Shown: positions 54,928 through 61,167 of the stretch, piece after piece
Numbering within the stretch: the first letter of the stretch is position 1
Layout: every line of letters starts with the position of its first letter
Origin: an uncultured virus (IMG/VR IMGVR_UViG_3300046517_000932)
Taxonomy: Duplodnaviria; Heunggongvirae; Uroviricota; Caudoviricetes
Strand: one strand, 5' to 3'
Length of the DNA stretch: 64,000 bases
Virus record (IMG/VR): IMGVR_UViG_3300046517_000932
Notes under the pieces: generated by a model
Told to the model about the DNA's origin: nothing
The model's input: only the letters and a program-made list of their open reading frames with translations
The model's database searches: none
Translations under genes and position numbers: made by a program

Positions 54928-55832
54928 GACTTACTCCGTTTGTTGAGTCCTACCTTCAAATCGCGCATAAAGCGCTCCGTGTATTCAGCCGCCTCATCGA
55001 GAGAGAGACCGAAATGTCTTGCGCAGTGCTCGACGATCTCGCGCGCGCCCGGGTTCTTCAGGGACTTGCCGCGCAGATCACCGGCGAGCCTGTCGCGGAA
55101 ATCGAAATAGTTGACGGGCCTGCCCGTGTCGAGCGACCGAACGCCGAGAGCAGCGCCGCCAGTGAGAGATGCGCTATCAGTGCCGTAGCCGGCCTCGAGC
55201 GCCTTTGCGAACATGAGTCCCGATGCGCCCCAGCACTTCGCCAGTGCGCCGAAAGGGATCGTTTGAGCCGTCGGCAGGTTCTGATTCACCGGCGTGCGCG
55301 AGAGCGCGACGTTCGTCCAACGGACCTTTTCAACGACGCCGATCTTGTTCTTCGTTTCCGGATCGATCTGCACGCTCTTAGCGAGCACAGCGCCGCCGAC
55401 GGACGGATACCACCGCTTAGGCGGATCGATCTGCGTCATCGAGTCCCAAACCATGTTGGCGTTTTTCGCCAGATCGGAGTCGCCGCGAAACAGCTTTGCC
55501 TTGACGAACGTGCGCTTACCTTCGATGCGGACGTCAGACGGACGGCCGATCTCGTACTGCTCCGGATTCGGGAGACCGACCCAGCCCTTAGCCGGGTTCG
55601 GTTTGCCGATCAGGCTGTAGTGGTCAAGATCGACGTTGCCGAACTTCAGGTAGTGCTCCGCGCTGTCCTCGAGTGCTTTCGCCATCACGCGCTCGTTCTG
55701 CTGATCGAGCTTCTCGTTGCTGGCCTCGAAATAGATGAAGCGATCTCCGCCTTCTTCGGCAGGGATTGCCTTGAACATCGATTCGATGGTCAAGAAGTCG
55801 GGGATGTCCGCGAGGAGTTGTGTGTCTTCCAT
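54924..55832 (-). CDS. Prohead protease
   Basis: ASNE..DQQNE, DLDH, SVGG, NVALSRTPVN. Confidence 0.8.
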   Translation of the reverse strand: MEDTQLLADIPDFLTIESMFKAIPAEEGGDRFIYFEASNEKLDQQNERVMAKALEDSAEHYLKFGNVDLDHYSLIGKPNPAKGWVGLPNPEQYEIGRPSDVRIEGKRTFVKAKLFRGDSDLAKNANMVWDSMTQIDPPKRWYPSVGGAVLAKSVQIDPETKNKIGVVEKVRWTNVALSRTPVNQNLPTAQTIPFGALAKCWGASGLMFAKALEAGYGTDSASLTGGAALGVRSLDTGRPVNYFDFRDRLAGDLRGKSLKNPGAREIVEHCARHFGLSLDEAAEYTERFMRDLKVGLNKRSKS

Positions 55833-55838
55833 GCCTAA

Positions 55839-55854
55839 AGTGTCGTGTCACGAC
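55839..55854 (-). promoter_or_regulatory. Putative late promoter GTCGTGAC-ACG-ACACT (leaderless) for the head operon
   Basis: ATG at 55832 exactly 6 nt downstream. Confidence 0.75.
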
Positions 55855-55900
55855 TTTGGCGCGTAGCATGGAATGCTCGAAAAAAGGTAAGCGGAAAATG

Positions 55901-55926
55901 AAAAAAGGCACCCGAAGGTGCCTTTC
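55901..55926 (-). terminator. Intrinsic terminator
   Basis: AAGGCACC-TTCG-GGTGCCTTTTTT. Confidence 0.85.
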
Positions 55927-55943
55927 ATTGGAGTGGATACTGC

Positions 55944-56204
55944 TTAGGACTGGGACAGATTCTCTTTTGCCTTGGCGATTACCTGGTGCAGCGTGCCGCG
56001 CTCGTTGATCAGATCCTGATACTTCTCGACCTGCTTATCGTCGCCCGCCAGCGCCGCCGCCCGCGCCGGTTCGAGCTGGCCCTCGACGACCTCGAGCCGA
56101 GCCGTCGCCAACTTCAGGATCTTGCGCTCCATCTCGTCGGTTTGATGCGCCATCGCAGCGAGCTCGCCCAGGTTCCCACGGACCTTATCGGGATTCGGTT
56201 GCAT
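55944..56204 (-). CDS. Small helical hypothetical protein
   Basis: GGAGG RBS; operator at 56244-56259 upstream; own terminator. Confidence 0.7.
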   Translation of the reverse strand: MQPNPDKVRGNLGELAAMAHQTDEMERKILKLATARLEVVEGQLEPARAAALAGDDKQVEKYQDLINERGTLHQVIAKAKENLSQS

Positions 56205-56246
56205 TGCGTGCCTCCACGCGTTAGGTAATCATGGCCGACAGTATAA

Positions 56247-59200
56247 TCAAAAAAGATTATGCGTGTCGGATTGTTGTTCCGCTTGACGCTGCTTGAGAAA
56301 GTATGCGACGCCCGTGTCATCGAGCCCCTCGAGCGACGAGCTCATCAGATCGCGCATCTCGTATTTCTTCTCGAGGCGATCGCGCGCGCGCGTTTCCTCC
56401 GGATGGTTCGCCTGCATGTCGATCAGCTCGACGTCGCGGGTTTGCCCGAGGCGATGGATCCGCGCATTGCGCTGCGCATGCGTCTTCGCTGTCGCCGGAA
56501 TGTCGTGCTGGATCAGGTACTCGCCCGACTGCAGGTTCATGCCGACGGCGCCAGCGTCCGACGCGATTAGGATGTCCGCCTGCGCGTCGCCCTTCTCCGG
56601 GTTGAACATCTGGCGCTTGCGATCCTTTTCCTTGGCGCTATCGCTGCCGGTGATCGTCACCACGCGCTTACCCTCTTTCTCGAGGCGCGCCTTGATCGCC
56701 TCGACGGCCGCGCGGTTCCGCGCGAACACGACGCCCTGCTTGTTGCCGCGCGCCTTGACGAGATCCGCGATCCGGTTGACCTTCGCATTGTCCGGATGCG
56801 TATCGATGATCCGCTGCATCGCGGCCGACTTCATGATCCCGATGCTTTTCTGCAGCCCTTCGGCGACCTTCTCGTGATCCGCCGCCGGAACGCCCTCGAA
56901 CGACGACGGCGAGATCGCTTTGATCGCCGCGACGTCGACCTTGCCGCGCATGCGCGCGATACGTACCGCCGCCAGGTTCGACGACAGTGTGTCCATCGCC
57001 GTCTTCTGCGCAGGCGTCAGATCGACCGTCTCGCGCTTGCGCTTCGCCTCGACGTCCGGCGTGATCGATGCCGGGAAGGTGTAGCGCGCCATCTCGCGCT
57101 TGAGCGCATCTTTCGACGCCATCGTGTCGGCGCCATACCGGCGCATGAACGCGGCCCGGTCCTGGTAGCGCTTCGGATCCAGCTTTTGCAGCATCGAATA
57201 CACCTCAGACGTGTCGTTTTTGAAACCCGACTCGCCCGACGCATAGGTGTAGTACGGCGTGTGCGCGGACAGCGCGTCCGTCACGTTCGCCAGGGTCGAA
57301 TTCTCTTTGCCGGCACGGTTGAGGGTGTCGTGCGCCTCGTCGATAAACGACGCGTCGAAGTTGATCCCCTCCTTGTCCATCACGCCCTTGATCCAAGCCT
57401 GGCGATCGTCCGGCGTCATCTTGCCGAGCTGCTCGGTCATCGCGTCCTCGTCGATGCCGGCGTGCTTGGCGCCGAGGTGCACCATGTCGCCCCGGAATGA
57501 TTGATGGGTCATCACGCAGATATGCGTGTCCGGATCCTTGTACGCCGCGATGCGCGACTCCTGCGACGCGCCCGGCTCGATGTGCCACTTGAACTTTCCC
57601 GGCTCGAGCAGGCGCAACGCCTCGCCGGAAAACTGCCCTTGCACGACGCTGGGGACCAGCATGACGCCGCGCTTGACCTTGCCGAGCCCGTGCAGATGCG
57701 CGAACCCGCCGAGCATCACGTTCGTCTTGCCGGATCCGGCGCCGAACGCCAGGCCGAGGCGCTTGTTATCCGCAAGCATCTTGATCGCGCGCTGCTGATT
57801 GGCGTACTTGCCGTTCATCGACACGTTCCACATCTTTGTCGGCTTGCCGGCTTTGAAATTCTGTCCGACGATGCCCATCATGCCGGCGATCTGGCGTTCC
57901 GCCTCATGCCCGATCGTGTGCCGCTCATCGCCCGCGAGCGCGCGCTCTTTCGGAGCTTCCGCAGCGCCGCCGAACATATCCGGCTCATCGCCTGCGAAAA
58001 AGCCCATCTGGCTTTGCTCGAACGCCTCGCGCTGATCACGCGCCGCGTCGAGCTTGTCGGAGACACTGCCGGCCGCGTAACGACCGTCGACGCGCTCGCG
58101 CAGACTGTCCGTGAGCTCGCGCTCACGCGCGCGCCGCTGATCGCGCGCGGCATGGTCGGTCGCGTCGAGGTGATTCAGGTTGTTGCGCACGACGGCGCGG
58201 CCGATCTTGAGCGGGTTGCCCGGATTCAGCTTGTTATGCGCCTCCGCGAACGCCCGCGAGACCTTCGACTTGATCAGATCCTGCACAGCCTCGTACGCTT
58301 TGGCATTGCCGCCCATCGTATCGAGGTACTTGCCCCAGGTCAGCGACGACGCGTTGATTTTGCCCGCGAGCTCGTCGCGCTGCGCTTTCCAGTCCGACCA
58401 CTCCGGGTTTTCGGCCGTGTCGCCGAACATATCGGTCGTCTCTTTCTCCGGTTCGTTCGCGCTCAGCCGCTCGAGATCCTGGCGCATCGCGCCGGCCTCC
58501 GGGCTTTCCTTGGCGACGTTCTTGTAGAAGTGCTCACGCAGCGCGGCCTGGTCCTGATTCGTGAGATCCCCGATCTGCTTGTAGGCGGCCGTTCCTTCCG
58601 GATTCTCCGCCAACGCGCGATGCAGCGCCTCGACCGCTTTCTGGTCGACCGTGAACTTTTGGCGGTTCATCGGCGATCGCGTCGCCCCGTGCCGCGCCTC
58701 GACGAACTCGTCCGCATACTTGTCGAACGATTCGCCCAGCTCCTCCGCGCGGCGCATGTTGCCGTCTTCGCCCTTGAGCGGCGCGACCGTGTCGAGTGCC
58801 GCGCGGTACTGCTCCGCGCGATCCGCGCCGACCTTCTGGAAGAAGTCGCCCGACTGGATGTCCGCGACGATATCGCCCGGCGCGTCGCCGTCTGCCGTGC
58901 GCCCGCCGATGTAATCCCGAAGCGACTGCTCGAGATCCGCGCCAGGTGCGAACGGCTCTGCGATGCGCGGCGCGACGCCCGGCTGAACGTCCATCGCCAG
59001 ATCGGGACGGTTCGCGACGCCGAGCGGAAGCCAGTTTTCTTCGTCCTGGCCGCCGCCGATGATGTCGAGGTTGCGCTTCACCTGCTCGATGTCCGCGCGA
59101 TCGATCGGCTTTGCCAAGCGATCCATGCCGGCGCCGTTGACCGTCAGGAAGGTGTCGCCGCCGACGTTCTCGACCTGGTAGTCGCCGCGCTGCAGGCCGA

Positions 59201-60800
59201 GTGCGCGCGCCTGGCGAATTGCGTCCTCGACGCCTGTCTTGCCGAGCGAGACCTCGAGCTTTTCCTTTTTCCCCTGTTTGAGCGCGACCGACAGCGCCGC
59301 GTTCGCTTCCATCTCGCCCAGCGCCTGCCCGAGGATCTTCTGCGCCTCGCCGATCGCCTCGCGCCTGGTACCGTTCATCGCCTGCGCCGTCTGCATGTCG
59401 GTGCCGCTCGCCGCGTCGCCGAGCTCGATCTCTTTGACCGCTTTCATCAGGTCGCGCGATCGGCCCATCGCCTCCGCGCTCGCCTGCATGTAGTGGTGCA
59501 TGTGGAAATCCTGCACGCCGGCCTGGATCCGCTCGACGTCGTCCGGCATGTCGGTATGGATCCGGCGCGCGAGCACCTGCGCCGCGCCGGCGATGCCGAG
59601 CACGTCGACGACACTGCGATCGACCAGCGCGTCGCCGCTCACGGCCAGCGCCAGGGAATTGACGCTGTTGTAGGCGCCGATGCCGATATGCTTGCCGAGC
59701 GTCTCCGACGGTTCCCCGCCGGCGATCTTGCCAACCTCAGAGAGGAACGTCAGGGTTTGCGCCGTGCGCAGATCCTGCTCGATGTCCTTCGCGATTTTCT
59801 CGTCCGCGTCCGGATCCGCCGTGTACTCGAGTACGTAGGCTTTCGGCTCGACGGTTGCCTTGTCGATCTCCGCCTTTGCCTGCTTCGCCTTGTCCTGAAA
59901 CTGCTTGAGCGCCTTTTGAGCGCGCAGCAGCTCGACCGCCTTTTGAGCGCTCGTCAGGGTTGCATCCGGTACCGGTGCGATCGGCTCGCGAATGTTCTTC
60001 AGCTCCTCGCGCACCATGCGCGCGGTGTCGCCGCGCTTGACCGCCGCCTCACGCTGCCCGTCCGTCATCGTCGCGAGCTTCTTCGCACGGGCCTGGTCGA
60101 CCTCCGTGCGCAGATCCTGCTCCGTCAGACCGGCTTTCTCCGCACGGCCCTTGTAATCCTTCGCGTAGCCGAGCCCGTCGGATACCTGCGGCACCGGGTT
60201 CAGATCCTGAACCGTGAGCGTCGCCGGATCTTCGGTATGAACCGGAATCTCGCCGATGCCGGCCTCCATGCGCGCCGCGCTGTCTGTCACCAGGCGTTCC
60301 CGCTGCAGGCCGACGGCGTCCGTCGCGCGCTTCAGGATCTCGCGATGATGCTGCGCCTCGAGCTTCTTCTGTGCCGCCGGAGACAGATCCTTGTGCGCCT
60401 GCGCATCGAACTCGGTGTCCTTCTTGTCCCAGCCGAGCGCCTGCGCAACGGTGTCGACGAACTCCTTCTCCGCCTTTTTCTTCTGCACCTGGATCGCATC
60501 ATGAGCCTTTTGCTTAGACTCATGAATGCCGGCCTCCTTATCGGCCTTGACCTTGGCTTTCTTCGCTTTGGCCGCGTCTGCCTTCTTTTGCGCGGCCTCA
60601 GCTTTGTATTCGGACTCGTGCTTGACTGCCCGCAGCCGCAGGTGATTCATGGATCCGCCGGCACCGCCGATCACCGTGCTCGAGCCGTCTGCATTCGGCT
60701 GGATCAGGATAGGCTGGCCCGTGCCATCGCCGTGCGAATGGACCGTAATCCACCGGGCTCCGGCGGGAATGGATGCTTTGAGGAGGAGAATTTTGCGCAT
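56247..60800 (-). CDS. Giant SNF2-like helicase/ATPase protein (DarB-like, probably virion-packaged)
   Basis: GAGSGKT, FIDEAHD, SDAGAVGMNLQ and QRNARIHRLGQ in the C-terminal third; about 1000 aa uncharacterised N-terminus. Confidence 0.8.
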   Translation of the reverse strand: MRKILLLKASIPAGARWITVHSHGDGTGQPILIQPNADGSSTVIGGAGGSMNHLRLRAVKHESEYKAEAAQKKADAAKAKKAKVKADKEAGIHESKQKAHDAIQVQKKKAEKEFVDTVAQALGWDKKDTEFDAQAHKDLSPAAQKKLEAQHHREILKRATDAVGLQRERLVTDSAARMEAGIGEIPVHTEDPATLTVQDLNPVPQVSDGLGYAKDYKGRAEKAGLTEQDLRTEVDQARAKKLATMTDGQREAAVKRGDTARMVREELKNIREPIAPVPDATLTSAQKAVELLRAQKALKQFQDKAKQAKAEIDKATVEPKAYVLEYTADPDADEKIAKDIEQDLRTAQTLTFLSEVGKIAGGEPSETLGKHIGIGAYNSVNSLALAVSGDALVDRSVVDVLGIAGAAQVLARRIHTDMPDDVERIQAGVQDFHMHHYMQASAEAMGRSRDLMKAVKEIELGDAASGTDMQTAQAMNGTRREAIGEAQKILGQALGEMEANAALSVALKQGKKEKLEVSLGKTGVEDAIRQARALGLQRGDYQVENVGGDTFLTVNGAGMDRLAKPIDRADIEQVKRNLDIIGGGQDEENWLPLGVANRPDLAMDVQPGVAPRIAEPFAPGADLEQSLRDYIGGRTADGDAPGDIVADIQSGDFFQKVGADRAEQYRAALDTVAPLKGEDGNMRRAEELGESFDKYADEFVEARHGATRSPMNRQKFTVDQKAVEALHRALAENPEGTAAYKQIGDLTNQDQAALREHFYKNVAKESPEAGAMRQDLERLSANEPEKETTDMFGDTAENPEWSDWKAQRDELAGKINASSLTWGKYLDTMGGNAKAYEAVQDLIKSKVSRAFAEAHNKLNPGNPLKIGRAVVRNNLNHLDATDHAARDQRRARERELTDSLRERVDGRYAAGSVSDKLDAARDQREAFEQSQMGFFAGDEPDMFGGAAEAPKERALAGDERHTIGHEAERQIAGMMGIVGQNFKAGKPTKMWNVSMNGKYANQQRAIKMLADNKRLGLAFGAGSGKTNVMLGGFAHLHGLGKVKRGVMLVPSVVQGQFSGEALRLLEPGKFKWHIEPGASQESRIAAYKDPDTHICVMTHQSFRGDMVHLGAKHAGIDEDAMTEQLGKMTPDDRQAWIKGVMDKEGINFDASFIDEAHDTLNRAGKENSTLANVTDALSAHTPYYTYASGESGFKNDTSEVYSMLQKLDPKRYQDRAAFMRRYGADTMASKDALKREMARYTFPASITPDVEAKRKRETVDLTPAQKTAMDTLSSNLAAVRIARMRGKVDVAAIKAISPSSFEGVPAADHEKVAEGLQKSIGIMKSAAMQRIIDTHPDNAKVNRIADLVKARGNKQGVVFARNRAAVEAIKARLEKEGKRVVTITGSDSAKEKDRKRQMFNPEKGDAQADILIASDAGAVGMNLQSGEYLIQHDIPATAKTHAQRNARIHRLGQTRDVELIDMQANHPEETRARDRLEKKYEMRDLMSSSLEGLDDTGVAYFLKQRQAEQQSDTHNLF

Positions 60801-60806
60801 GACCCA

Positions 60807-60822
60807 ATGCTAGGGTCACGAC
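60807..60822 (-). promoter_or_regulatory. Putative late promoter GTCGTGAC-CCT-AGCAT (leaderless)
   Basis: ATG at 60800 exactly 6 nt downstream. Confidence 0.75.
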
Positions 60823-60839
60823 TTACTACCCGGAATGCC

Positions 60840-61167
60840 GATACCAAAACCCTTTTAGATACCATCCCGATACCATGCATGGTATCGGCTGAAAACCTTG
60901 CTGGATAAGGCTTTCAAGGAACCAGATACTAAGATACCTATATTATTGAATAGAGATATATATAGAGTGTTCTATATATGGTGGGGGGGGAGGGGGTATG
61001 TTTGTGTCTATATATATCTTGTCGCTGGAATGGTATCTGGGTATCTTTGGTATCTCGCCTTTAGAATCAAAGACTTGTCCGATACCACCGATACCACATG
61101 GTAACTATGGACGCAAAAAAGGCACCCGGAGGTGCCTTGCATGGGGGGGGAGGGGTCCCCCTCAGAC
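60840..61167. repeat. Origin-like element copy 2
   Basis: Same GATACC/GGTATC order and spacing, AT-rich core and terminal G-tract motif as 7858-8291. Confidence 0.75.
61115..61138 (-). terminator. Intrinsic terminator
   Basis: AAGGCACC-TCCG-GGTGCCTTTTTT, nearly identical to 55901-55926. Confidence 0.85.

Noticed and set aside
42279..60908. Very long plus-strand ORFs (42279-45089, 45953-48013, 52819-55110, 57501-60908)
   Set aside because: Antisense shadows of genuine minus-strand genes in high-GC DNA; Arg/His-rich with no recognisable motifs.
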